A stretch of DNA of 63,340 bases, the filler included, from Nemertoderma westbladi (taxonomy: Eukaryota; Animalia; Xenacoelomorpha), in assembly GCA_032718475.1 (NCBI GenBank). It is 3 parts of 3 records of this genome, joined end to end, with 100 filler letters (N's around TTAATTAATTAA, not from the genome) between each part and the next. Parts side by side here need not be neighbours in the genome. Positions count along the whole stretch, not along the records: positions 1 to 25,424 come from JAUCBJ010000191.1; positions 25,525 to 54,473 come from JAUCBJ010007535.1; 1 more part is not named here. The stretch is one strand, 5' to 3'. The translations under genes and the position numbers were made by a program. This document shows, in pieces, positions 22,117 through 33,668 of the stretch (position 1 is its first letter; each line of letters opens with the position of its first letter). The notes beneath the pieces are model-generated. The model had not been told where the DNA came from and made no database searches. It saw only the letters and a program-made list of their open reading frames with translations.

Positions 22117-25100
22117 ACACCGACCTGCTGCTGTTTGCCTGGGACCGCGTTTCAGGGAAACGCTTCTTGGTCGACACCGGGGCGGAGGTAAGCGTTATTC
22201 CCGCGACGACTCGCGAGGAACGTTCGGGACAGAGCGGGCCGCCCCTCCTCGCCGCCAACAAAACGTACATCCGAACGTACGGCGACCGCTCCGTCAAACT
22301 CGACTTCCACTATCGCCGGTTCCAGTGGAAGTTTATCGCGGCCGACGTCGCCCAGCCTCTCCTCGGAGCCGACTTCCTCCGAGCGAACAACATGTTGGTC
22401 GACCTGAGAGGCCGCCGTCTGGTCGACGCCGAGACGTTGACCTCGATCCCGTGCGGGCGGACTACGGGCCACGCCCCCCACCTCGGTTCTGTCACCGCCT
22501 CGGACGACGAGTTCGCTCGGCTCCTCGCCGAGTTCCCCGATATTACGATCCCTCGGTTCTCTGACCCCACCGCGAAACACGGGGTCGAACATTACATCCC
22601 CACCGAGGGACCCCCGGTCTACTCCCGCGCCCGTCGTCTGCCTCCAGACAAACTCGAGATCGCGCGGGACGAGTTCCGGAAGATGGAGGAGATGGGGATC
22701 ATCCGCCGGTCCAACAGTCCCTGGGCGTCACCCCTCCACATGGCCCCTAAACCCTCGGGTGGATGGCGGCCGTGTGGCGACTACCGACGCCTCAACGACG
22801 CCACGACTCCGGACCGGTACCCCATCCCCCATATCCAGGACTTCTCCTCCAGACTGGCAGGGGCGAAGATCTTTTCTAAGATCGATCTGGTGCGCGGCTA
22901 CCACCAGATCCCCGTAACCGAGGCCGACATCGCCAAGACCGCGGTTATAACCCCGTTCGGCCTGTTTGAATTCCTTCGAATGCCGTTCGGGCTGAAGAAC
23001 GCGGCCCAGGCCTTCCAGAGACTGATGGACACGGTGTGCCAGGGACTCGACTTCCTCTTCGTCTACCTAGACGACGTCCTCGTCGCGAGTCGGTCCCCCA
23101 AGGAACACCGTGACCACCTCCGTCAGCTCTTCACGCGCCTCCAAGAACACGGCCTCGTGATCAACCTCGCCAAGTGCGAGTTCGGTCGGTCGACCATCGA
23201 CTTCCTCGGCCACCGAATCTCGGCCCACGGCGCCGTCCCGCTCCCCGACAAGGTCGCCGCCATCCGGGAGTTCACCCAGCCGACCACCGTCAAGGGCCTT
23301 CAGGAGTTCGTGGGGATGGTGAACTTCTATCATCGGTTCGTCCCCGCGGCCGCCGCCATCATGCGGTCCCTCTACGCGGCCCTTGCCGGTAAACCCAAGT
23401 CCCTCGACTGGACCCCCGACATGGCGGCGGCGTTCCGGAACGCCAAGGAAGCCCTCGCCAACGCCACGATGCTCGCCCACCCCAACGCCAACGCACCGAC
23501 GGCGCTCACCGTGGACGCATCCGGCACGGCGGTGGGCGCCGTTCTAGAACAGCTCGTCGGCGACTCGTGGCGCCCCCTGGCGTTCTTCAGCCGCCAACTT
23601 CGACCCCCGGAGGTGAAGTACAGCGCGTTCGACCGGGAACTCCTCGCGCTGTACCTCGCTGTCCGCCATTTCCGGTACTACCTGGAGGGCCGCGTATTCA
23701 CCGCATACACAGACCACAAACCCCTGACGTTCGCATTCGCCAAGATCAGCGACCCGTGGTCGAATCGGCAACAACGGCACATCGCCTACATTTCCGAGTT
23801 CACCACGGCGATCGAACACGTTGCCGGCAAAGACAACTGTGTGGCGGATGCGCTCTCCAGGACTACCGTCAGCGCGGTACGAACCCTCCTCCCCGGCCTC
23901 GACTACACGGCTATGGCGGCTGCCCAACTCGCCGACCCCGAGCTGCCAACCTACCGCTCCGCCGTGTCCGGCCTCCAACTGGAAGACGTCCCGCTCGCCC
24001 CCGCCAACGTCACTCTTCTTTGCGACGTTTCTCTCGGACACCCGCGCCCCGTCGTCCCCGTCGCCTGGCGACGGCGCGTCTTCGACGCCCTACACGGCCT
24101 GTCTCACCCCGGCGCTCGTACCACCAAGAAACTCGTCGCCGACAGGTTCGTGTGGCACGGCCTCCGCAAAGAGGTGGGCGAGTGGGCGAAGACCTGCATC
24201 CCTTGCCAGTCTTCCAAGGTGCAACGCCACGTCCGCGCGCCCCTCGGCACCTTCGCCACCCCCCACCGCCGGTTCGACCACATCCACGTGGATCTGGTCG
24301 GCCCTCTACCACCATCGCGCGGGTTCACTCACCTGCTGACGATGGTAGACCGGTTCACTCGGTGGCCAGAGGCCGTGCCCCTCACCGAGACCTCCACCGA
24401 GAGTTGCGCCCGGGCTCTCATCTCCAACTGGATATCTCGGTTCGGCGTCCCCGCGGATCTCTCCTCCGACCGCGGTTCGCAGTTTACCTCCCAGCTCTGG
24501 TCCGCCGTCAACCAGCTGCTGGGCACCCAACTGCACCGCACCACGGCCTACCACCCGCAGGCGAACGGACTGGTGGAACGTTTCCACCGCCACCTAAAGT
24601 CCGCCCTGCGGGCCTCGCTCACCGGCCCCGATTGGGTCGACGAGTTGCCGTGGGTTCTCCTCGGAATCCGGACTGCTCCCAAGGAAGACTTGGGGACCTC
24701 CTCCGCCGAGCTGGTCTACGGTGCCCCCCTCACCGTCCCGGGCGAGTTCCTTCCGCCGGCTACGAGCGCCCAGCACTCGCCGTCCACGATCCTCCCTCAA
24801 CTCCGGGATACGGTCGGGCGGTTCGCTCCGGTACCGACGTCACGCCACGGACTGACTCCGTCGTCGGTTCCACCGGACCTCCACGACGCTACCTACGTTT
24901 TCGTCCGGCGCGACGCCCACCGGACGCCATTCGAACGCCCCTACGAGGGGCCTTACAAGGTCCTCACCCCCGGACCCAAAACATTTAAGATCGAGATGGG
25001 CGGTCGAACTGAAACGATTTCAGTCGACCGACTCAAACCGGCCCATCTCGATTTTACCGAGCCGGTCGTTATCGGCCAACCGCGGCGCCGAGGTCGACCC

Positions 25101-25220
25101 CCGAACGCACCTCCGGTACCTCCTACACCGCCGGTACTAACGCAAAGACCACCAACCCCAACCCAACCGCCCGTACAAACTCGATCGGGCCGGACGGTCC
25201 GTCCACCTGATTATCTGTAA
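22071..25220 (+). CDS. pol: Pol (protease, RT, RNase H, integrase), uninterrupted
   Basis: LVDTGAEVS; RMPFGLKNA and YLDD; VDAS...TDHKPL; HGLSHPG...[25 protein letters not shown]. Confidence 0.96.
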   Translation, partial: GKRPGRPFVAATTAGHTDLLLFAWDRVSGKRFLVDTGAEVSVIPATTREERSGQSGPPLLAANKTYIRTYGDRSVKLDFHYRRFQWKFIAADVAQPLLGADFLRANNMLVDLRGRRLVDAETLTSIPCGRTTGHAPHLGSVTASDDEFARLLAEFPDITIPRFSDPTAKHGVEHYIPTEGPPVYSRARRLPPDKLEIARDEFRKMEEMGIIRRSNSPWASPLHMAPKPSGGWRPCGDYRRLNDATTPDRYPIPHIQDFSSRLAGAKIFSKIDLVRGYHQIPVTEADIAKTAVITPFGLFEFLRMPFGLKNAAQAFQRLMDTVCQGLDFLFVYLDDVLVASRSPKEHRDHLRQLFTRLQEHGLVINLAKCEFGRSTIDFLGHRISAHGAVPLPDKVAAIREFTQPTTVKGLQEFVGMVNFYHRFVPAAAAIMRSLYAALAGKPKSLDWTPDMAAAFRNAKEALANATMLAHPNANAPTALTVDASGTAVGAVLEQLVGDSWRPLAFFSRQLRPPEVKYSAFDRELLALYLAVRHFRYYLEGRVFTAYTDHKPLTFAFAKISDPWSNRQQRHIAYISEFTTAIEHVAGKDNCVADALSRTTVSAVRTLLPGLDYTAMAAAQLADPELPTYRSAVSGLQLEDVPLAPANVTLLCDVSLGHPRPVVPVAWRRRVFDALHGLSHPGARTTKKLVADRFVWHGLRKEVGEWAKTCIPCQSSKVQRHVRAPLGTFATPHRRFDHIHVDLVGPLPPSRGFTHLLTMVDRFTRWPEAVPLTETSTESCARALISNWISRFGVPADLSSDRGSQFTSQLWSAVNQLLGTQLHRTTAYHPQANGLVERFHRHLKSALRASLTGPDWVDELPWVLLGIRTAPKEDLGTSSAELVYGAPLTVPGEFLPPATSAQHSPSTILPQLRDTVGRFAPVPTSRHGLTPSSVPPDLHDATYVFVRRDAHRTPFERPYEGPYKVLTPGPKTFKIEMGGRTETISVDRLKPAHLDFTEPVVIGQPRRRGRPPNAPPVPPTPPVLTQRPPTPTQPPVQTRSGRTVRPPDYL

Positions 25221-25424
25221 TACGTTTCGAGACTGGGGGGGGTCATGTGGCAGCCCCACATACATTGTACAGTCTCAGAAACTTTGTTATTACGGTCGCC
25301 TAGCAACCCTAGAGTTTAGTACTGCCGACTGACAGAATTGTACCACGGTACTGCAGTATGCCTTCAGCAATCACTCGAACTTGAGTGATATACGTTTTCG
25401 TTTCGTGGCTGGACGCCATCGCCA

Positions 25425-25524
25425 NNNNNNNNNNNNNNNNNNNNNNNNNNNNNNNNNNNNNNNNNNNNTTAATTAATTAANNNNNNNNNNNNNNNNNNNN
25501 NNNNNNNNNNNNNNNNNNNNNNNN
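25425..25524. other. Artificial scaffolding linker (N44-TTAATTAATTAA-N44)
   Basis: Exactly 100 bp with a six-frame stop cassette; identical structure at 54474-54573. Confidence 0.97.
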
Positions 25525-26953
25525 AGCTGGGTTCCAGATATCCTCTCAACCATGGAAATTCAACCCACCTCATGCGCCCTGGTATGGTGGGGCATACGAA
25601 AGACTCATCCACTCAATTAAAGCAGCTCTGATGACAATCCTACCTTCTCCGCGAGACTTTTCTGATGAAATGTTCAGAACACTACTAATGGAGATTGCGG
25701 ACTCCATAAACCATCGACCATTGGTTCGTATTTCCAATGATCCAGATGCTGGGGAAGCTCTTACCCCAGCCCACTTCCTTAATCCCCGTCCTTCATCTCT
25801 TCAAGTTTATGAGCATCATGATGATAGTGATCATTCTGCTTGCTATTTGAAATCCTATTACAAGGCAGTTGCCTTACATGTTGATACTTTCTGGGGAGTT
25901 TGGAAGACTCACTACCTTCCAACTCTTCAAATGCGAAACAAGTGGTTTGCCCAAGCTACTAATATTTCCATTGATGACCTTGTTATCGTTGATGAACCAA
26001 ATGTCCCACGCCACAAGTGGCTTCTGGCCCGTGTGCTTGAAGTCCACCCTAGTGAAGATGGACTTGTCCGTTCTGTTACCCTTAAACTTTCGAATGGCTC
26101 GATATTGAAGCGCCCTATCCGACGCTTAGTATTACTTGAGTTGGCCAGAGGCCACCATGGTAATTATGGGGAATTCCCCAAAAGTACTGAAACAGAAGGC
26201 TTAGGTCATCCTTCTAACTCAGCCCTTCATTCGTAAATGTACATATAAATTACTTAGGCCCTATTAAGTAGTTGGTTAAGTAATATGTGTAGGTACTATT
26301 TCTATTGTCTGTATTGTAGCTACTGTAATATCACTAAAATAGAAAATAGAGAAAATTTTACTCAATGAAAATTTTGGGAGCGGAAATACTACCCAAGATT
26401 ACTTTCATGGCTTGCAATTGCATCTTTTTTTTTTATAAATTTCTTAACCCTAAATTTCTTTTTTTTTTGGGTCATTATAATTGGAGTTATTGTTCATTAA
26501 AAATTTAAATTATAGTTGCATTTGAAAAGATGCTCCTATGATTTAAAACTTCCTTAGATACATTACTTCTGTAACCTTAAGTTACAGATATATTTGCTTA
26601 ACCTTAAGTTGTGCAAATATTTAAAATTATTAAACGGCTGGACTAGTCCAGTAACAAGCTTTAGTTAAACAGCTCTTGAGGTTGCTCGCTTAAATCACTG
26701 GTGCGATTTAGTTGGCTTTCTTGCCTGGAATGCTCCAGGAACGTTATGTGGTTCTACCGGAAGTCGACTCCTCATCCTCCTCGACTTCTTCTGGCTCCTT
26801 TAGACTCAACGCGGTTTCGGATACGAGACTACCTGCTCTAGGAGCTATCCTCTCTCAAGAATCCTACCGTATCTATATTTGGATTTGGATGCGCATGTGG
26901 ATTTCTAAATGCTTATGTCCACCTTGAACCACCGTGTGCGCCAGCCCAATACA
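25525..26953 (+). mobile_element. BEL/Pao retrotransposon 3' part: integrase C-terminus (to 26236) and possible 3' LTR (~26387-26953)
   Basis: WKFNPPHAPWYGGAYERLI, INHRPL, LTPAHFL, FWGVWKTHYLPTL, DGLVRSV, RPIRRLV. LTR limits are uncertain. Confidence 0.85.
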
Positions 26954-28559
26954 CCTTGACTTGAGTCATAGCCATAGTCATCGGGTCGTTTGATCGCTTC
27001 CTAAAGTGCTTTATGATGAATGGTCGCGATTTATATACGTTTTCTTGTTACTTTCACTGTCGCTTTCAGTGGTGTAAAGAGGATTCATTGGGGGAGTTTG
27101 GGCCATTTACCAGATATATAGGCCTATATAATAAACGCGAATAATGGAATACGCGATTTTCCAAAAGGTTTATTCTTAAACAGAAGACAAAAGAAATTTC
27201 ATGTTCGATGTTGGGTCTGGTAATCGTACCATCAGGGTTGCACCACTACTACATTTGCCGCACCTTCAGAAACGTGCTATCTTACATTAAATTCCCAATA
27301 TTTGTAATATATCTAATTTATATATATATGCAATCTATGATATGCAATTATATTCGTGCAATTTAATTATAATACGTAATATAATAGGGTCGGCCAACCT
27401 AGTGGTTTTCTCCAAGTCTCCAATTTTTCTATATTTTTTTTATATGTGTATATTTGTGCTGTTAATCTGTTCTTTATTGTTATTGACGAAGCCTAAATAT
27501 TTAGTTTAGTATTATTAGAAAGTATATTAGATGTTTAACATCAGTAGTCTGTATGTTTGATATCACTCATTATCTGGATATATTTTTTTTGTTTGTTTGT
27601 TTCGTGTTCCCTTTGTTTCGATATTTGATTATTATTTTTGCTGATGATTTTTTATGTAGCAATTTGCTGTGGTCCATCAATTGTATATAGCCTATCAGTA
27701 CTAGGCTATAGGGAGCGGTGTCAACGGCGGTTTGCCGATGTTGGTCCACAGGCAAATTGGCGCTGTGTTTTTATTATCATTAATGTAAAAAACCAAGATA
27801 ATTTGTTTGTAGATAGATTGCCCTACCACATGAGATGAAATGTCTACATTTTATACTGTATTTTCCTCCAGTTATAACTTTGAGTATAGTTATACTGTAT
27901 ATGTATACTTTCTTTATACAGTCTGACCGTGTCAGTCTGCATTCATTAACTTTATACATACTTTGTACATCTGACCGTGTCAGTCTGCAGTCATCACTTT
28001 CAATTGCCCGTCTGACCGTGTCAGTCAACCTTTACTTGTGATAGCGGTACCGTGTACCGTCTGTACCGTGTACAGCTCAAGGATGGATTATTGGGGCATT
28101 TGAAATTCTGAAACACAGCGTTTGTAGGGTCCAAACCCCTACAAACTGTTATCTCGCCTTATTTTCGGATATATTTCAATATTCAGTCGATATTCCACGA
28201 TTTCTACTGCTGTAATGTTGACCTACAGTTTGGTTGTTGATGTTGGTGCTTATTGCTATAGACCTATTGCCGATATTATTGAACCACAATAATTATTACT
28301 GGAGACAGCTCCTAGGTTGGGGGCCGATTATTATCAATCCGGTGAGTTTTTGGAGTTATTTATAAACCTCTTGGGTATAACCTAATTAAAGCTTGATATC
28401 ATAATAACCTCCCACGTTAGACAGTTAGATAGGCCTAGGTAGCCAGTTCATTGACCTCAATTATAGACACCATTTATCCGTTTGTGAGCGAGATAGTTTT
28501 CTCGAATTCAAGTTACAACGCCCATGACAGCATGACCCCCTTTATTGCGTAATCGCAGC

Positions 28560-29050
28560 CATGCAAAGTCGTTCCATCCTTCTGAGAAATCACATTGTTA
28601 AAATCGACTTTGACACGGTGGGATAATAGATGATGAGATACGACAGGAACTCCTAGCTAAGTCTACAAGATACGGTAAACCTTTGCCGCAATCGAGAATC
28701 AGCAGCTAAGGATGATAAAAAATTTAAAGAGAGAACAGATGCAATGGTTGCCACAAATTCACAAACACGGGTTTGGAAGACATCTACAGAAGTCGGAAAC
28801 GGAATAGCTCAACCGAAACATCTAATAGGCCAGTACAGAAACCGAGAAAAACAATGGAATGTTTTAATTGTGGGGGAAATTGGCCTCATAGAGATGAGCC
28901 TTGTTTCACAGCAAATAAAATTGCCAGAAATGTGGGAAGTGGGGCCATCTAGGCTCTAAATGTATATTAAGAAGCGGAAAACCCTATGACCGACTCCGCC
29001 AAAGAGAGCTACAGGTTCAATCTAAGTAGCATATATTGATTGAGGAAGAA
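28560..29050 (+). pseudogene. Degenerate Gypsy gag remnant (zinc-knuckle region)
   Basis: 28851-28965 reads TMECFNCGGNWPHRDEPCFTANK, then after a frameshift CQKCGKWGHLGSKC. Boundaries approximate. Confidence 0.65.
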
Positions 29051-29524
29051 CTAAAACATAAACCTATAACATAAGCAAAGATTTCGTACCTTCGCCGATA
29101 TCTTTAGTTTAATTTAAGAGAAGAAGAAATGGTGTAATAAATAAACCAATTCGCAATGATAAAAAACCCAGGAAACATGTTGGCAGGCCTACTGTGTGTA
29201 TAGTTAATATAAAAATTACCAAATTAGTGCAAAAGTTAATAAACATGTAGTAAGTGAGATATACAATACTGAGCTGAGCACCGTAATTTATATAATAAAA
29301 TATATATAATACCATTGGTAGCAAATAATACTTAGCCTAGAGGTTATAATAATTACCGCTGAGACCAAGCCAACCTTTCAGCTGTGGGTCCCGTCCCCGC
29401 AGGGGCAAACGATCACAATTTCACCCTGACCACCCACCCCCCGCCCCCACCCTAAAAAGCTCCATTTGTTTGTATTCATAGAAAGCTGACCATGCAAGGA
29501 TTCCAAATGTTTAAAAATATATGT

Positions 29525-30728
29525 GAGCACGCCGGGGCCCCAGAGCATGCCGGGGCCCCCGAACGAGCACGCCGGGGCCCCCGAACGAGCACGCTGGGGC
29601 CCCCGAACGAGCACGCCGGGGCCCCCGAACGAGCACGCCGGGGCCCCCGAACGAGCACGCCGGGGCCCCCGAACGAGCACGCCGGGGCCCCCAAACGAGC
29701 ACGCCGGGGCCCCCAAACGAGCACGCCGGGGCCCCCGAGCAAGCACGCTGGGGCACCCGAGTGAGCACGCTGGGGCACCCGAGTGAGCACGCCGGGGCCC
29801 CCGAGCAAGCACGCCAGGGCCCCCGAGCGAGCAGGCCGGGGCCCCCGAGCACGCTGGGCCCCCGAGCATGCCGGGGCCCCCGAGCGCACCAGGGCCCCCG
29901 AGCGCACCGGGGCCCCCGGGCGCACCGGGGCCCCCGAGCGCACCGGGGCCCACGGGCACGCCGGGGCCCCTGAGCACGCCGGGGCCCCCGAGCACGTCGG
30001 GGCCCCCGAGCACGCCGGGGCCCCCGAGCACGCCGGGGCCCCCGAGCACGCCGGGGCCCCCGAGCACGCCGGGGCCCCCGAGCACGCCGGGGCCCCCGAG
30101 CACGCCGGGGCCCGCGAGCACGCCGGGGCCCCCGAGCACGCCGGGGCCCCTGAGCACGCCGGGGCCCCTGAGCACGCCGGGGCCCCCAAGCACGCCGAGG
30201 CCCCCGAGCACGCCGGGGCCCCCGAGCACGCCGGGGCCCCCGAGCACGCCGGGGCCCCCGAGCACGCCGGGGCCCCCGAGCACGCCGGGGCCCCCGAGCA
30301 CGCCGGGGCCCCCGAGCACACCGGGGCCCCCGAGCACACCGGGGCCCCCGAGCACACCGGGGCCCCCGAGCACACCGGGGCCCCCGAGCACACCGGGGCC
30401 CCCGAGCACACCGGGGCCCCCGAGCACACCGGGGCCCCCGAGCACACCGGGGCCCCCGAGCACACCGGGGCCCCCGAGCACACCAGGGCCCCCGAGCACA
30501 CCGGGGCCCCCGAGCACACCGGGGCCCCCGAGCACACCGGGGCCCCCGAGCACACCGGGGCCCCCGAGCACACCGGGGCCCCCGAGCACACCGGGGCCCC
30601 CGAGCACACCGGGGCCCCCGAGCACGCCGGGGCCCCCGAGCACGCCAGGTCCTCTGAGCACGCCGGGGCCCCCAAGCATGCCTGGAACCCCGAGCACACC
30701 AGGGCCCCTGAGCACGCCGGGGCCCCCA
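29525..30728. repeat. GC-rich minisatellite, 18-bp unit GAGCAC(G/A)CCGGGGCCCCC, with 22-bp variants at the left
   Basis: Direct periodicity; the collagen-like ORFs on both strands are artefacts. Confidence 0.96.
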
Positions 30729-31540
30729 AAATTATTACACTTATAGAAGGAAATGTTTTCTGGTGGGTAACCTGGATCTAGCCTGACTGACAGTCTGAAT
30801 ATTGTCCAATCTTTTGGAAATATTTTTCGGAATATTTCCACTTTTTTTTCTTTCAGGGGACCAATTTTGTTTCTTTCGGAGGCCCCAGTTTTTTTTTTAT
30901 TTCGGGGGGAGGAGAGAGATGAAACTATCTCTGTTTCAAATTTAATGAAATATCATTAAGATTTGTAGAACAATTTGGGGGGAGGGGGGCGTCTCACTGA
31001 ATTACGACACTATCTTCTTCCAGGACATGGTCACTGAAATATAAATTACGATGCTCAGTTGACTAACGCACGATGAGAACTGTCATTGCTCCTTGACCAA
31101 GTAAAATAACCATCATCTACCAGTAATTTACTTCGTGATGAGTGCCTATAACTTGCCCGCAGTTCAGCAGTTATATTTAGAAATGTTAATAATTAAAGCC
31201 CTACAGGCAGTGATAATATTCACAAAATATTGTCCATTTTATCGTCAGGTAAATGGTAGGCCTAGATGAATCATGTGTATTAAGCTACTGTATTAAGAAT
31301 CTGTTACTGTGTTAGGAGCAGGTACAGAGGCGGTTTATGGGAACCAAAACAATAAACGACCGGGGGGGGGGGGGGGGGGGTCGCATATGAGCATAAATAG
31401 GTAGTTGTAGTTCTGCCATAGCTTTACCAAGGACATGGTGTTCTCCTCACGAGTCAGTCTCAGTTGGCATACCAGACAAATAAATACTGAAATATATAAT
31501 AAAAATATAATTTGGTCCTGCAGTTAGCTTTATTTACCTA

Positions 31541-32158
31541 TTACTTTATTATCCCCAAGGCCCGTTCGATCCTATTGTCCTCATCCTCTCCCAACTTCTG
31601 CGCCGTCTCCATCAGTTTTCTCTCAAACATTTTGCTGGAATCGAACCCCGCCTTCCCCTTCCCGAAGGAATTCGGACCCGAAGATGTTTTGGTTTCCCTC
31701 CCAACGTTTCTCATTTTCATCCTCGCCTCCGCGGGTAGTTCCTCAGTTTCGGAATCTGATTCACCAAACACCGACGGTTTCGCTACCGTTGCTGTAATTC
31801 GAGGGGATTCAATTCCAATGGTCGCACCAATTTTATTACTATTACGTTTTGCACCGGGAGCGCCAAGTTTTATTGATATTGCGAGTTTGGGTTTGGAGTT
31901 ATGGGAGACCGGTTTATCTTTTACGTTTTTATTCGCCTCAATTTCTCTAATAACGGTACCACTAATTGAGTTCGATTCCGCGGGCTTAGGTTTTTTCACA
32001 ACACTGGAATTCCCTTCTGTACCTTCCGGATCTTCACCAGTTAGTACCGGTAACCGATTCACCATAGATTGTTCCTGTGGTAGAGGTTCGGGATTTGAAG
32101 TCCCGGACGATTTAGACCAAGCAGACCGATCGAAATTATTAAATTTTCGTTTAAGCAT
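31541..32158 (-). CDS. PCNP: PEST proteolytic signal-containing nuclear protein-like, 205 aa, single coding exon
   Basis: AISIKLG, VFGESDSETEELPAEARMKMRNVGRETKTSSGPNSFGKGKAGF and FERKL match the conserved PCNP C-terminus. Confidence 0.9.
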   Translation of the reverse strand: MLKRKFNNFDRSAWSKSSGTSNPEPLPQEQSMVNRLPVLTGEDPEGTEGNSSVVKKPKPAESNSISGTVIREIEANKNVKDKPVSHNSKPKLAISIKLGAPGAKRNSNKIGATIGIESPRITATVAKPSVFGESDSETEELPAEARMKMRNVGRETKTSSGPNSFGKGKAGFDSSKMFERKLMETAQKLGEDEDNRIERALGIIK

Positions 32159-32645
32159 GACGGTAAGCTGAAGCTGGTTACAGTGTGACAGGGTTACCAG
32201 GTTACAGTTTAGGTACTTTAGGGTCCGTCAGATCAACGAGTCAGGTTCATGTGTTTAGTACTGTAGTACCGGTTCTTTTGTCTTTTAGAAGTGCGAAATA
32301 TACTAGTGCAGTAGTGCAGTAGCTGAGTACAGGAGTAGTGTGTCTAGTGATAGTGCTGTAGTCTGGTAGTGCAGTACAGCAGTGGTGTCAGAGTTTAGTT
32401 AACTAGGCAAGGCATACAGTACTGCAGTAGGCCTACTTCACCCTGCTGCAGTGTTGCCTACTGTAGGGCGAGCCACGAAAGTAAGCGAGCTTAGCATAAG
32501 TACCACTATCTCAATCGGTGTGTCACTCGCTCTGCCTGTCCTGTCCAATATTTCAATTTTATATTCAGTCTGTACCGGTACTCTTTCATGGAAATTAATT
32601 ATTTAAATTAGCAGTAAAGGAATTTATATGTAAATAAATTATACA

Positions 32646-32888
32646 TAATATAATAATATTGGTTATTTATATAGCGCTTTTCTACGCTCAGCATACTCAA
32701 AGCGCTTTTATTATCATTACCCCCAGCAAAGCCAGGTTCCCATTATACCGCTGGGTTGACGTAGGCACTAATGTCTAAAGTGTCTTGCCTAGGGACACAA
32801 CAGTGCGAAATTTATACAGCCTTTAGTCGGATTCGAACCTGCGCCACCAACACTATTGTGTAAGCAGTTCAGGCGCCGTATCCACTCG
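32646..32888 (-). mobile_element. tRNA-derived SINE with Deu/Nin-like central domain and AAAGCGCTATATAAAT-type tail (duplicate at ~46330-46573)
   Basis: On the minus strand: B box GGTTCGAATCC, GTGTCCCTAGGCAAGACACTT, ACCCAGCGGTATAATGGGAACC, AAAGCGCTTTGAG...AAAAGCGCTATATAAAT. Confidence 0.8.
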
Positions 32889-32931
32889 ATAAAAATCATA
32901 CAGCTGGAATTTCCAAACACTAATCCATTAA

Positions 32932-33151
32932 GGGTGTAAACGCCATGCAGATAAACCGACACCCAACGCCAACAACCACTATTAGAGCTAATTAATGTTA
33001 TTTATTAATTGAGGGAAAGGAACAGGTTACAATGGAACTTTATTCCAACCAAAACAATAAACGAGAGTAGAGTCACGAATCATATACATTATACATTACA
33101 TTTTCATATTTGCTATTGTCGGCTGTCGGTTGTCGGCGTAGCGTTTACACC
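32932..33151. mobile_element. Short MITE (related decayed copy at ~5775-6066; duplicate at ~46618-46828)
   Basis: TIRs GGGTGTAAACGC and GCGTTTACACCC. Confidence 0.7.
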
Positions 33152-33309
33152 CAATTATAGTTTATACTGTATAATTTGTTCAAGTGATTTGCTTTAAGAA
33201 ATGTGTTTTTAATTGACCTACACGTAAATAACTAATTAAAATGCCCCTTCTCTCCACGCTAATTCCATGTCCCCATAGAAGTCTGAAGGTATGGCGTGCT
33301 TGCTATTGC

Positions 33310-33668
33310 CTGGCTGGGAACCAGTCCACCTCACCACTACTCCAGCAATGCAATAGTGCTATATTAAACTGGCTGTGAACCAGTCCACCTCACCACTACT
33401 CCAGCAATGCAATGGTGCTATATTAAACTGGCTGTGAACCAGTCCACCTCACCACTACTCCAGCAATGCAATGGTGCTATATTAAACTGGCTGTGAACCA
33501 GTCCACCTCACCACTACTCCAGCAATGCAATGGTGCTATATTAAACTGGCTGGGAACCAGTCCACCTCACCACTACTCTAGCAATACAATGGTGCTCTGT
33601 ATATTAAACTGGCTGGGACCAGTCCACCTCACCACTACTCCAGCAATGCAGCAATGGTGCTATATTAA
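33310..33668. repeat. 59-bp minisatellite (~6 units, resuming at 35147-35230; ~5 units at ~46986-47281)
   Basis: AACCAGTCCACCTCACCACTACTCCAGCAATGCAATGGTGCTATATTAAACTGGCTG repeated at 59-nt spacing. Confidence 0.92.

Larger units (their letters stand above)
21107..25424 (+). mobile_element. Full-length Ty3/Gypsy LTR retrotransposon, CsRn1/Kabuki-like lineage
   Basis: 5' LTR 21107-21295 (TGTGGC...GCCACA); PBS TGGTGACCC at 21297 (tRNA-Trp type); G-run PPT at 25235-25242; 3' LTR 25246-25424, cut 2 nt short by the gap. The LTRs differ by one 8-bp indel and one substitution. Confidence 0.97.

Noticed and set aside
21151-24988. Many alternative-frame and antisense ORFs in the Gypsy element
   Set aside because: Expected from high GC; no domain motifs.
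27920-28027. Three TCTGACCGTGTCAGTC hairpin repeats with unique spacers (CRISPR-like)
   Set aside because: Only three 16-bp repeats with uneven spacers, eukaryotic context, no cas genes.
29378-30841. Collagen/elastin-like ORFs
   Set aside because: An 18-bp DNA repeat open on both strands, with almost no synonymous variation and no signal peptide or splice context.
33310-33668. 59-bp array as CRISPR
   Set aside because: Whole units repeat; there are no unique spacers.
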